Below are positions 55,401 to 64,000 of a stretch of 64,000 nucleotides of DNA, one piece after another; within the stretch, counting starts at the first letter, position 1; each line of letters opens with the position of its first letter. The notes under the pieces are model-generated. The model saw only the letters and a list, made by a program, of their open reading frames with translations, had not been told where the DNA came from and did not search any database. The stretch is from IMG/VR virus record IMGVR_UViG_3300005611_000006. One strand, 5' to 3'. The position numbers and the translations under genes are program-made. Origin of the DNA: a virus. Its lineage: Duplodnaviria > Caudoviricetes.

Positions 55401-57675
55401 ATCTACAGTAGACTTAACTTTTTCTGGAAAAAATTATTTAAATCCTCCTAAAGTAAAATTATTTAATACAGAAACAAATTCTTTAGAAGATTCCTTTAGT
55501 GCATTCTGTAATTTAAAAGGAAATACTGTTGACGAAATATTAATTATTAATCCTGGTAATGGTTTACATAGATTTTCTAATAAATTAGTATTTACAGATA
55601 ATTCTAATGGAGTCAAGATTTTAAGTGCAAGTTCTGTACAAGATTCTCCTTCACTGTATACAGTTTCATTAACTCTTGAGACACCATTATCTGGATTTAC
55701 AACTTCAAATCCTCCACCATTTGATCTCAATGATGATATATTTGTTGAAAATCTTGGCACTAACTATGATTCATCAGATTATTCTTATAATACATTTAAA
55801 GTAGTAGGAATAGTTACTAATTATAGTAGTGAGAATGAAACCATATTAAGATATCAAGTCTCTAAGTCTCCTGGTAGTGTGCTTTCATATGATAATGCTT
55901 ATGTAATTAATTCAAATGATCTTCCGCAAGCAAATGTTTCATTGATTCAAAGTTCATTTATTGCTGGAGAAGATATTAATGGTGAAAAGTCCATATCAAA
56001 CAAAATAGATAATTATACAAATAATATTGTAAAAGTTGAAGATTTAGAATCAATAAAAGTTGGAGATGATATTAAAGGAAACTTAAGTTTTTCAGAGGGA
56101 AACGTAGTTAAGATTGATAAATTTAGTTCAAAGTTCAATGTTAGTAATAGTATTTCTAGTAAATTCGGATGGAAAGAATTTAAAGGAAAACTTTCTGTAA
56201 ATGATCAAAATTTATCTGATAACGATTATTATCAAAATTTTTCATATTCTTTACGTAGTAAAATACAAATTTCTGATTGGAATTCTCAAGTTTCTGATTT
56301 AAATCATATTGCAGGATTTAAAAAGTTTAGCGATCTACAAGTAGAATCTAAATCGACTATATCTGGACAACAATCTAATTCGTCTTCTATAGTTAATGTA
56401 TCAATAAATTCTTTTGGAGATATAAACACAAAAAATAATTTTGATCTAGTTTTAGAGGACGTTGATGAAAATAATAATGAATATTCTGAATTATTAAAAT
56501 TCAGGTCTAGGAAACTTTCTGACTATTTACTTTCAGAAGAAAATAGAGTTTTGTCTATAGATAATGTATCAACAAATTTTAATAATCAAACTTCCTTTGC
56601 AGAAATTATAGTAGACACTTTACCAACAATTAATACTGGAGGAATAGTTGCAAAATATTTTGTTCTTATAGAATCTACAACTTCACTTTTTACAGACTTT
56701 GAACTTCCTTTACTTGCAGAAGTTTTTATAACTAAACAAAGTGATTCTATTAATGGAGGAGTAAGTTTAATTACATACTCTTACTTTGAAGACATTCCAT
56801 TAGGAACATTTACTTCTGCATTGAATCCTCAAAATAAAAATGAAATTTTATTGAAGTTTGCACCAATAAATGTTAATAATATAATATCAGCTAGAACTAT
56901 AACAGACTATATTCCTTTAGATGTATCTACAGAAAGTAACAGTTATGGAAATGTTAATAGTGTAGCAATTACTAGCACGTTTCCTGCAGAAAGTTCTCCA
57001 ACACAAAAAGAAATTATACTATCTCCTTTATCTGAGTGCCAGTCTGGTTCAATATATGTTGGTATTGCTTCAGTTGCTTCTCAAATTGAAGAATTTAAAG
57101 AAATTGGATTTTTATATAATGGGACAAATGTTTTATTCACTACTTATTCTGAAAGTGAATTAAATAATTTAGGAGAGGTTGGAATTTCTACAAGTGGAAG
57201 TAATTTAGTTATTACATATGATGGAATTGCAAATACAGGTGTTACTGTGTATGTAGATTCAACCTTACTTGTAGAAACTCAAACTTCTCCAAATCAGATT
57301 CAAAGTGATTATGGACTATTAAATAGTTCAAGGTCACAATTTACTGGAAGTTCCCCAGTAGGACTAACAACAATTACTTCAGATTATGGAGTTTCAAATT
57401 TTATAGTTGAAATTGAAAAAACTGTTGGTGTTACATTAACAAGATCTGTTGCTCAAATAAATGCAGTTCATTATGATATAAACTTCTTAGAGAATAAATA
57501 TTTGGCAAATATTACTTATAGTGCTCTCGGTAATTTCAATGACATAGATTTTGATTTAACTTTCGATCCAGGTTCAAACTCTTATACTCTTTCTTATGTT
57601 CCGTCTGAAGTTGGAACTTTTGATATAAAATTATCTCAAAAGAGTATATTAAGATCCACAAATCCATTATTGTAA
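49495..57675 (+). CDS. gp7: Baseplate wedge initiator-like giant structural protein (YHYH-like domain)
   Basis: Follows gp6; QIPEFI..FLKQYY..KDFYQSKGT; HSPIIGWAYDGCPIYGPY..LDKHNGRYCITPEYPNGVYAYF; DNDYYQNFSYSLRS..HIAGFKKFSD. Confidence 0.75.
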   Translation: MNQDKKVIKISDVVENQIPEFIFTENPNFAEFLKQYYISQEFQGGTVDIAENLIEYKNFDSFDSSNLITKTTLSSDIDIFEETIPVVSTKGWPEKYGLLKINDEIITYTGITTNSFTGCVRGFSAIESIVKENDPEYLVFSQSESDFHKDGDSVDNLSNLFLIEFFKKTKSQFIPGFEDLNFDSRIDIPNFISKAKDFYQSKGTDESFEILFKVLFGEKVEVIKPKDFLFAPSDDKWIVVENFVCDLVEGDPLKLNGQTLYQDKNISGSVLESNGSIYSVSSLNIGENIFYKVSIFSGYSNNLNPKGSIFGEFKTTPKTYVVSEVSSNSTTIPVVSTVGFDSSGKLIIDGSEITYTDKTSTEFLNCSGIQSDINSSTKVYADNFVYSYEDGNINSVVKLRIINTVSNIDSSGLVLINEGDKINIKNLGSTEKSIFTESLNYNVPSIIFAGKVFPAETNIGSLDEGISINGFVKTKYPHYLKEGDAVEVYNSSRGEKITNSIVSNVNSERSFTISDAQNLKNYKNNQIKIRRIPFRSNSSMYPEINGIFAVNIQNSYEDSNCYYVESNGLPDNNIKPYKKEYSFSCDNDTLTIISDSNNGSEHYYENGDVVNISNIVGVSTILSTNIDYYIKKLNVDEVKIARSLLDVIQNNFITPDIEQVTLTSKSLYGKQFTSSKSFKKILKNIDYTKTEKTTKPGSIGILVNGVEIQNYKSSDKVYFGNLENIKVLNSGSGYDLLNPPTFEINDGTDTTSSIIPQMEGIVESIIVSDPGYDYVETPIVTIKNGSNEEIKTEVRMKLISRELEFNAANSDIVATLDIEEKFIFTEPHRLIVGDGVIYDSSSGTKIGIGTQVSDGTLLDDSVYFVSSIGAGTSFRLAPTYNDAINETNLIKLRTLGTGIQKFTSVKKVKVIDSVNITDSNPVLKYKKVVAREDDINKYDNIINIKNHGFLSGDEISYSYSSGSGLDGLLVSQYYYIVKIDDNSFKLSSTKNLNNIVDFDLIDSSVHIFEYSPIRVDILGSLTISGISTIGTSAVLTPVVRGSINDIKIEESDPEYNSNYTAYLNYNLNPTIRVVNGKGAFLQPVITNGKITNVIILSQGENYFNSLEIDVIGVGNGAKLSPVVVNGRITSVNIINKGIGYDSNTTIKIRTIGSNFSAIGEIKSYTLNEVDRYPNSILKRGIIVNDVYHPDQNIYGVYKLTDTLESLLNLNDANRHSPIIGWAYDGCPIYGPYAYENPDGTGNIIEMTSSYKKSKVGDIPLGLIEDYSYIQNRGSLDKHNGRYCITPEYPNGVYAYFATSKFPYFIGDTYKFTPLPENFDFHHTQNLNYNQLDIVKNTLPYYVEDELNYYDYFDYRPNPEKEEAFVLKSLSGDIDSIDVVDSGEGYSIGSKLIFDNTGTGGYGASAEITELSGVGISSIESTTKTIQNITFISDNNTIIGVATTAHNFKDEYFIKISGITSTTFISLNGVKKINVDEIVTNLEDALDSESVTGITTSIKIKDSITIFDIDSKIRISNENATVIGLDYLNNRINILRESSSPSYAVDEYVYLNQNKFYFEENKSLDLPEANVSYYFDSNLVSIGIDTSVGAGNTITSYPLGVGVSQTKYIRTAGIWMPNHRFKSGESVSYSNDSAFLNVQTSLSSQFLSDFSNLYIVDFGNDVVGLTTIQNEFSGLLYYTSAGTGRLHKLKTNRNIISGQAIFNETIVSTASSHGLDVGDKVKLNVTSGLTTNYTVTYSSGNAKLRIDGDNNPEINVYRNQKVVFDTSASSLNRTHFKLYTDSDYKNEYIGTGNSGVEVVVGVNSVTLNIQDTTLSTLYYNIESTSKKVFDDETVFNHNRINVKQSLYNITSGIVTNTNESFTVNLPYSPEENNYSSSDSNKISYTVRESDVLGPISEVKVTSKGVDYKKIPSIKSVEGDGKDAVLIPITKNIGRVSEIGPLAVNICPSDKTLVPTSNLYSVLYLKNNYKVSTVDLTFSGKNYLNPPKVKLFNTETNSLEDSFSAFCNLKGNTVDEILIINPGNGLHRFSNKLVFTDNSNGVKILSASSVQDSPSLYTVSLTLETPLSGFTTSNPPPFDLNDDIFVENLGTNYDSSDYSYNTFKVVGIVTNYSSENETILRYQVSKSPGSVLSYDNAYVINSNDLPQANVSLIQSSFIAGEDINGEKSISNKIDNYTNNIVKVEDLESIKVGDDIKGNLSFSEGNVVKIDKFSSKFNVSNSISSKFGWKEFKGKLSVNDQNLSDNDYYQNFSYSLRSKIQISDWNSQVSDLNHIAGFKKFSDLQVESKSTISGQQSNSSSIVNVSINSFGDINTKNNFDLVLEDVDENNNEYSELLKFRSRKLSDYLLSEENRVLSIDNVSTNFNNQTSFAEIIVDTLPTINTGGIVAKYFVLIESTTSLFTDFELPLLAEVFITKQSDSINGGVSLITYSYFEDIPLGTFTSALNPQNKNEILLKFAPINVNNIISARTITDYIPLDVSTESNSYGNVNSVAITSTFPAESSPTQKEIILSPLSECQSGSIYVGIASVASQIEEFKEIGFLYNGTNVLFTTYSESELNNLGEVGISTSGSNLVITYDGIANTGVTVYVDSTLLVETQTSPNQIQSDYGLLNSSRSQFTGSSPVGLTTITSDYGVSNFIVEIEKTVGVTLTRSVAQINAVHYDINFLENKYLANITYSALGNFNDIDFDLTFDPGSNSYTLSYVPSEVGTFDIKLSQKSILRSTNPLL

Positions 57676-57681
57676 AATAAA

Positions 57682-60384
57682 ATGCCAGTATCAGGTTCTA
57701 CAAATTCAGTATATGTACCAACTAGTCTTGGTGTTAATTCCTTTAAGTTAAAGCATAGAGGAGATTCAATTTTCTATAAAATTTTTAATGCATCAGATTC
57801 TGAAATTATAGACCTAGATAGGGATAGAATAAAAATTAAAAATCACTTTTTTAAAACTGGAGAAAAATTAACTTACGAAATTGAGGAAGGTGGACAAAGA
57901 TTAGGAATTTCTACATTAAGTCCTGGAAATACTTTATCAACTTCATTTTTACCAGATGAGGTATATCCAATAGTTGTTGATTCTGAAAATATAAGACTTG
58001 CTTTTAGTACTTCATTAGCAGAATCAAATCAATATATAGATATTACTTCTCTTGGAATTGGAACAGTTCAATCCTTTGAAGCAGAAAAGCAAAATACAAA
58101 GTGTATAATTCTAATTGATAATATTATACAATCTCCAGTTTCTGTTGCATCTACTGTAGGTATAACAGATTTTACCTCAAGTAATTTAGTTTTAAATAAT
58201 TTAGATAACATAAACATAGGATCAACTCTTAAAATAAGTGATGAATTAGTTAAAGTAACAAAAGTTGATTATTCAAATAATACAATAACTATTTTAAGAG
58301 GTCCAGATTACTTAGGTACTGAAAAAGAAGATTTTACATCTGCAACTACAGTTGCTAGTGTAATGTCTGGACAATATAATATTGTTGAGGACGTTATTTA
58401 CTTTTGTGATCCTCCATTTGAAGGTATTAGACTTAAGTATCAATTAACCCCTTCAGATTTTAATTATCTTGATAATTCTTTTAATATATTTGATAGTAAA
58501 ATAGAAACTGGTTCAATTATAACAATATCCTCACAAAATCCCCCAGAAGGATTAGAAGGATCTACAACTTACTTTGCAATTAAAAATACTGAAAATAATT
58601 TCAGCTTTGCCGAAACTTATAATAAAGCAATTTCTGAAGATGCAATTACTATTCAAAATTTAGGTGGAATTGATCCAACAGCACCAGTAACTGATGTTGA
58701 TTTATTTTTATTAGATATAACTGGAGGTAGCACCTTTGAAGGAAGAGTTTTTCTTAGAAGTGATTATACAGGAAATATTGTATTTGATGATTTTTCTGAG
58801 CAATTTAATGGAATAACTTCATCTTTTGAACTTACGCAATCTGGAATATCTACTGTAGGAATAAAGTCTGATAATGGAATTGTTTTGATTAATAATATTT
58901 TTCAGTATCCTGAATTTGATGAATCATTTTATTTTGATGAGTCTGGATCTTCAACAAATATAATTTTTACAGGAATATCTTCTGCAAATGGATTTACTAC
59001 TACTAAAGATTATGATGTGAATGTTAGAGGTCTTCCAAGAAATGGTATTATAGTTTCTTATGGAACAACTAATGGAACTAATTATCAACCTCAAAGAAGT
59101 GCATCTTTATATGAAACTGAAATAGTTGAAGATGGAAATGGATTTTATATTATTGATAATGATAATATTGGAATTGCTTATAGTGGTTCTGGATATAGAG
59201 ATGTCGCAGGATATGCAACTTCAGTATTCTTTGAAAACATATATGGACAAAGAATTTCAGGATATGGTACAGCAATAATTGAAAATGGATATGTAACTAG
59301 TATCGATATTTCCATAGGTTCAACATATTTACCATCAGATCCAACACCAGTTATAAAAATTGATCCTCCAATTCCATATTCAAATGTTGAACTTTCTGGA
59401 GTTTCGAATGGAATTGGTGCTAAAGCATCTTTAGTAGTTAATGATGATGGTACAATATCTAAATTAACTCTTACTAATACAGGATATGGGTATACAGTTG
59501 GAGAAGTTCTTACAATCCCATCTATTGTTGGCACATCTACTCAAATTTCTTCAGAAAGGATAGAATTTACAGTTTTAAGCGTTGGTAAAGATACATTTTC
59601 TGCTTGGAATATCGGTAATCTTAGAAAATTAGATGATTTGAGTCAGTTTGCAAATGGCACTAGAAGATCTTTTAATATTAAAGAAAATGGAGATCTTCTC
59701 AGTTTAGAATCTACTCCAGGATCAGATATAGATATTTCTCAAAATCTTTTAATATTTGTAAATGATGTTTTGCAAACTCCTGAGGATTCATATTCATTTA
59801 CTGGAGGAACTCAAATTATATTTTCTGAAGCTCCTCCAGCAGGAAGTTCTGTAAAAGTATATTTCTACTCTGGTAGTCAAGGTGATACATCTATTGTTGA
59901 CATAATACCTCCAATAGAAATTGGAGATGAACTTAATATAAAGAAAATAGTAGAAAAAAATCCAGAAACTCAGTTAAAAAGAACTGCTAAAAGAATTATA
60001 TCTTCTGATATTTTAAAAACTGAACTGTATGATGATAAAGGTCTATCTTTTGATTCATTTACATATAGACCAATAAGTTTAACACCGCAAAAAAGAGATA
60101 TTTTAATTGGTGGAGAATATATAACTAAATCAAGAGAATCATTAAAATCTAAACTTATTTCTTATACATTTATTACTACTGCACCTGGAACATTTGTAGG
60201 GATAAATACAAATTCTGTTGGAATTGATACTACTTCAATTCAGATTGGTGATTACCTCGAATCTGAGTACACTGATGGACATACCATCATATCAATTTCT
60301 GCTGGTGAAGTTGGTCTATCAACAGACTCTACTTTTGATGGAAGTGTTTCTCCTGTTGATTGTAATATATGGAGAAAAATTTGA
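57682..60384 (+). CDS. Baseplate-associated structural protein (resembles distal part of longer cyanophage gp7-like proteins)
   Basis: Lies between gp7 and gp8; FDDFSEQFNGITSSF, VNDVLQTP..FSEAP motifs. Confidence 0.7.
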   Translation: MPVSGSTNSVYVPTSLGVNSFKLKHRGDSIFYKIFNASDSEIIDLDRDRIKIKNHFFKTGEKLTYEIEEGGQRLGISTLSPGNTLSTSFLPDEVYPIVVDSENIRLAFSTSLAESNQYIDITSLGIGTVQSFEAEKQNTKCIILIDNIIQSPVSVASTVGITDFTSSNLVLNNLDNINIGSTLKISDELVKVTKVDYSNNTITILRGPDYLGTEKEDFTSATTVASVMSGQYNIVEDVIYFCDPPFEGIRLKYQLTPSDFNYLDNSFNIFDSKIETGSIITISSQNPPEGLEGSTTYFAIKNTENNFSFAETYNKAISEDAITIQNLGGIDPTAPVTDVDLFLLDITGGSTFEGRVFLRSDYTGNIVFDDFSEQFNGITSSFELTQSGISTVGIKSDNGIVLINNIFQYPEFDESFYFDESGSSTNIIFTGISSANGFTTTKDYDVNVRGLPRNGIIVSYGTTNGTNYQPQRSASLYETEIVEDGNGFYIIDNDNIGIAYSGSGYRDVAGYATSVFFENIYGQRISGYGTAIIENGYVTSIDISIGSTYLPSDPTPVIKIDPPIPYSNVELSGVSNGIGAKASLVVNDDGTISKLTLTNTGYGYTVGEVLTIPSIVGTSTQISSERIEFTVLSVGKDTFSAWNIGNLRKLDDLSQFANGTRRSFNIKENGDLLSLESTPGSDIDISQNLLIFVNDVLQTPEDSYSFTGGTQIIFSEAPPAGSSVKVYFYSGSQGDTSIVDIIPPIEIGDELNIKKIVEKNPETQLKRTAKRIISSDILKTELYDDKGLSFDSFTYRPISLTPQKRDILIGGEYITKSRESLKSKLISYTFITTAPGTFVGINTNSVGIDTTSIQIGDYLESEYTDGHTIISISAGEVGLSTDSTFDGSVSPVDCNIWRKI

Positions 60385-60411
60385 TAAATAAGGATAAAAT
60401 AGACTTTTAAA

Positions 60412-61968
60412 ATGCCAGCAATTATATCAGACAATTTAAAAATTCAAAATTGCTCTAATTTTATCTCTCAAGTTGCAGGTTCGGCAAATAATAACAATGA
60501 ATCTAATTACTATATGTTCATTGGACTTGCGAATCCTGATGAGTATTTTTTAGATTGGGATTCAAATCCACAATCACCAATAGATAATACAACTTATCTA
60601 AATTCTTATAGAGATAATATTCTTGGAGTTAAAAGAATAAAAGAATCAGATGTAGTTAGAGTTATTCCTAAAGTTGAGTGGAAGACTGGAACTACTTATG
60701 ATATGTATAGACATGATTATAGCATACATAACCTTACAAAAGTAACTGGATTTAGTAGTTTATACGATAGTAATTATTACGTTATAAATGATTATAGAGT
60801 TTATATTTGTTTAAGTAATGGTGCTTCATTCTCTAATAGTATGAAGGGATTACCTTCTACCATAGCCCCAGTTCATACTGACACTGCAGATTTAACTGAT
60901 AAAGGAGATGGATATGTTTGGAAATATCTTTATACTATTACTCCTGGAGATTTCTTAAAATATGATTCTACTGATTTTATTTCAGTTCCAAATAACTGGA
61001 AAACTTCTTCAGATGCTTCAATCATATCTGTTAGAGGAAATGCTATAGATGGAGAGATAAAAATTGTTCTCATTGAAAAATCTACAGCATACAATATTAC
61101 CTCAAATACTGTTACTTGTAATATTGAAGGGGATGGAACTGGAGCAACTGCATCAGTAACTTTTGACAACTTAGGTAAACCAATCAAAGTTCAAGTTTTA
61201 ACTGGTGGATCTGGATATACTTTTGGAACTTTGAATCTAGATGCTGTAGTTTCTCCTATAGATAGTTCTAATAAGTCTATCTTTAATGTAATTATTCCTC
61301 CAGAAGGTGGTCATGGTGCTGATATATACAAAGAATTGGGAGCGTATAGAGCTTTAGTTTATAGTAGAATAGAAAACTCATTAACAAACCCAGACTTTAT
61401 TGTAAATAATCAATTTGCAACAGTTGGAATTATAAAAGATGTTAAGACATATAATACCTCAGGACTTTTTACAGATGATACTGGATCAGGTTTATATGGT
61501 ATAGCACTTAATACTACTGATGTATTAGCGAGTGATTCATTTATAGAGCAATCATCTACTAATGCTAGAGGAACTTTAATCAGTAGTTCGGAAGTTTCAG
61601 GTGTAACTATAGTAAAATACTCTCAAAGTAGAGATGATTATACAGACTACTATAATTCAAATAATATTATAAAAACTTTCGATCCTTATATTGTAAATCC
61701 AGATTACTCAGGTATAACTACATCTACGGTTTATAGTTCTAGCGAATTTGATATTACTGATGTAACAATTTCTTCTACTAATTATGGTGTTGCAAACATT
61801 AGTGGGAATGAATATGAAGGAGCATATCTTGGTCAAACATTTACATCAGGTATTTCAAAACCTGACATAAATACAAAGAGTGGTGATATTTTGTACGTAG
61901 ATAATCGAGCATCTGTAACCAGATCATCACAACAAAGAGAAGACATTAAAATTATTATAGAGTTCTAA
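60412..61968 (+). CDS. gp8: Baseplate wedge protein
   Basis: MPAIISD..YDMYRHDYS..YRVYICLSNG..DGYVWKYLYTI..GDILYVDNR..REDIKIIIEF. Confidence 0.9.
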   Translation: MPAIISDNLKIQNCSNFISQVAGSANNNNESNYYMFIGLANPDEYFLDWDSNPQSPIDNTTYLNSYRDNILGVKRIKESDVVRVIPKVEWKTGTTYDMYRHDYSIHNLTKVTGFSSLYDSNYYVINDYRVYICLSNGASFSNSMKGLPSTIAPVHTDTADLTDKGDGYVWKYLYTITPGDFLKYDSTDFISVPNNWKTSSDASIISVRGNAIDGEIKIVLIEKSTAYNITSNTVTCNIEGDGTGATASVTFDNLGKPIKVQVLTGGSGYTFGTLNLDAVVSPIDSSNKSIFNVIIPPEGGHGADIYKELGAYRALVYSRIENSLTNPDFIVNNQFATVGIIKDVKTYNTSGLFTDDTGSGLYGIALNTTDVLASDSFIEQSSTNARGTLISSSEVSGVTIVKYSQSRDDYTDYYNSNNIIKTFDPYIVNPDYSGITTSTVYSSSEFDITDVTISSTNYGVANISGNEYEGAYLGQTFTSGISKPDINTKSGDILYVDNRASVTRSSQQREDIKIIIEF

Positions 61969-61971
61969 AAA

Positions 61972-64000
61972 ATGTCACAAAGCACAAATTTAAATGTCAA
62001 TCCATATTATGACGATTTTGATTCCCAAAAAAACTACTATAAGGTACTCTTTAAACCTGGAGTAACTGTTCAAGCAAGAGAACTTACAACTTTACAGTCG
62101 ATTTTACAAAATCAGATTGAAAAATTTGGTAGTAGTTTCTATTCAAATGGTGGAATAGTAATTCCAGGAAACTTTGCATATGACGGAACTTTTACTTGTG
62201 TTGAAGTCGAATCTACGTACAAAGGAGTTGATGTAGAGACATATTTCAATTCTTTAGTTGGAAAAGTTGTAGAGGGTAAAAATACAGGAATTACTGCAAA
62301 AGTAGAAAGTGTTTTATCAAAAATTAATTCTATTAGAAACGTAACAACTTTATATATCAAGTATCAAAAATCTTCATCAGACGACTTTTCTACAGAAATT
62401 TTTGAAAATGGTGAGGAATTGTCAGTACAATCTGATGTAGTTTCAGGAAGTACTTTAATAGAATCTGGACAAGATGTATTTAAAGTAATTTCTCCAGTTG
62501 ATAGAAGTGCTTGTTCTGTTGGTTCTGCTGCAAAAATTGAATCTGGTGTTTATTTTATAAGAGGTTATTTTGTAGATATTGAATCTGATTTAATTTTATT
62601 GGATCAATATACAAATACTCCATCATATAGAGTTGGTTTAAATGTAAAAGAAAGTATTATAGATGCTAATGATGATTTATCATTGTATGATAATGCTCAA
62701 GGATTTTCAAATTATGCTGCGCCAGGAGCAGATAGGTTTAAAATATCTTTATCTTTATCTAAGAAAGAAATTGATGATTTTATTGACAATGATTTTATTG
62801 AACTCTTTAGAGTTGAAAATGGAATAGTCAAAAAAATTAAACAAAATGATCAATACTCCTGGATAAATGATATATTAGCAAGAAGAACTTTTGATGAATC
62901 GGGAAATTATTATGTTTCTCCTTTTGGAGTAGAATCCTTAGAGTCTTTAAATGACAGATTGGGTAATCAAGGATTATATTTGAGTAGTCAAAAAACTTCT
63001 GATGGATCTACCCCATCAGATGATTTAGCTGTTCTTAAAATATCTCCAGGAAAAGCTTATGTTAAAGGATATGAAGTGCCGACTTCTACTGAAGTTTTAG
63101 ATTTACCAAAACCAAGAACTACAAAAGAAGTAGAATCATCCTCTAGCAATTTTTATGCTGCGAATTTAATTAGAGTTAATAATGTTCAAGATTTACCTAA
63201 GATAGGTTTAACCACTGATTCTTCTATATCTCTCTATGATTCTAGATTGGTAAATGGATCTGTTTCAGCAGGAACAACAATTGGACTAGCTAAAATATAT
63301 GATTTTGAATCTCATAATAATTCATATGAAGATGATTCTAGTCAATCTAACTTATACTTATTTGACATTCAGACATATACAAACTTAACTTTAAGTGGTT
63401 CAGTAACTGCAGGTGTTGGAGAGTACGTTCAAGGGCAGTACAGCAATGCCTCAGGATATGTTAAATCTGGATCTGGTGGCGATTTAACTCTATATCAAGT
63501 ATCTGGTGAATTTATTGTAGATGAGCCTTTAATTATTTCTGGCATCTCAACAACTACTAATATTAATTCTATTCAAGACTACTCGATACAAGATATTAAA
63601 TCTGTTGGTGTTGACAATTTTGCTTCAGATACTTTACTTTCTAAAGAAATATCGGTTGATGGACCTTTCGACTTTGTATCAAGTGCAGGAGTTTCGACAA
63701 TAACTGCATTTGATGGAAGTGCATTTGCTACTGGATTTAAAGTTAATGATATTATTAAATACTCTAGATCTGGAGTAGATCTTCCAAGTTTTTCTAAAGT
63801 TACTAATATTAATAACTCTTTAACTAGCGTTACTGTTACAGGAGTTTCTACTGTTACAAATGTTTGTGATGGTGGTATTGGATCGACAACAACTTTACAA
63901 AATATCAAAATAGTTAGACCAGAAGTATTAAACTTTGAAGATTCTTCACTATATTCGAGATTAAATAATAGTAATATTTCAGAAATTAGTTTCTTAAATT
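61972..64000 (+). CDS. Partial VrlC/DUF4815-like large virion structural protein
   Basis: MSQSTNLNVNPYYDDFD..KVLFKPG..VQARELTTLQSILQNQIEKFG; appears to run off the window end (absent from the ORF track). Confidence 0.85.
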   Translation, partial: MSQSTNLNVNPYYDDFDSQKNYYKVLFKPGVTVQARELTTLQSILQNQIEKFGSSFYSNGGIVIPGNFAYDGTFTCVEVESTYKGVDVETYFNSLVGKVVEGKNTGITAKVESVLSKINSIRNVTTLYIKYQKSSSDDFSTEIFENGEELSVQSDVVSGSTLIESGQDVFKVISPVDRSACSVGSAAKIESGVYFIRGYFVDIESDLILLDQYTNTPSYRVGLNVKESIIDANDDLSLYDNAQGFSNYAAPGADRFKISLSLSKKEIDDFIDNDFIELFRVENGIVKKIKQNDQYSWINDILARRTFDESGNYYVSPFGVESLESLNDRLGNQGLYLSSQKTSDGSTPSDDLAVLKISPGKAYVKGYEVPTSTEVLDLPKPRTTKEVESSSSNFYAANLIRVNNVQDLPKIGLTTDSSISLYDSRLVNGSVSAGTTIGLAKIYDFESHNNSYEDDSSQSNLYLFDIQTYTNLTLSGSVTAGVGEYVQGQYSNASGYVKSGSGGDLTLYQVSGEFIVDEPLIISGISTTTNINSIQDYSIQDIKSVGVDNFASDTLLSKEISVDGPFDFVSSAGVSTITAFDGSAFATGFKVNDIIKYSRSGVDLPSFSKVTNINNSLTSVTVTGVSTVTNVCDGGIGSTTTLQNIKIVRPEVLNFEDSSLYSRLNNSNISEISFLN

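Overview
This is an AT-rich segment of a T4-like cyanomyovirus (Kyanoviridae-type) genome; almost all genes are on the + strand. (1) 1-26.7 kb holds late structural and tail-fibre genes. Two are giant Gly-X-Gln collagen fibres with C-terminal autocleaving chaperones, and one of these is built from modules joined by near-identical DNA hinges. (2) 26.7-44.2 kb is an early/hyperplastic region: a HEXXH-VWA plus MoxR/CobS-like AAA+ pair, seven tRNAs (an eighth lies at 1.2 kb), structured ncRNAs, many small ORFs, a PvuII-like endonuclease next to an amino-methyltransferase, and an SF2 helicase. (3) 44.2-45.1 kb is an ORF-free, origin-like locus with divergent promoters, three cyanobacterial-type DnaA boxes, helically phased repeats and A-tracts. 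(4) 45.1-64 kb holds conserved cyanophage genes and the baseplate block (gp25, gp6, gp7-like, gp8, partial VrlC-like). The strongest signal not explained by the ORFs is a 24-bp palindrome (TGTGCCAST-N6-ASTGGCACA). It occurs 15 times, always 28-30 bp upstream of a -10 hexamer, and divides the early region into promoter-plus-small-ORF cassettes. All family assignments come from motif recognition by eye, not database searches.
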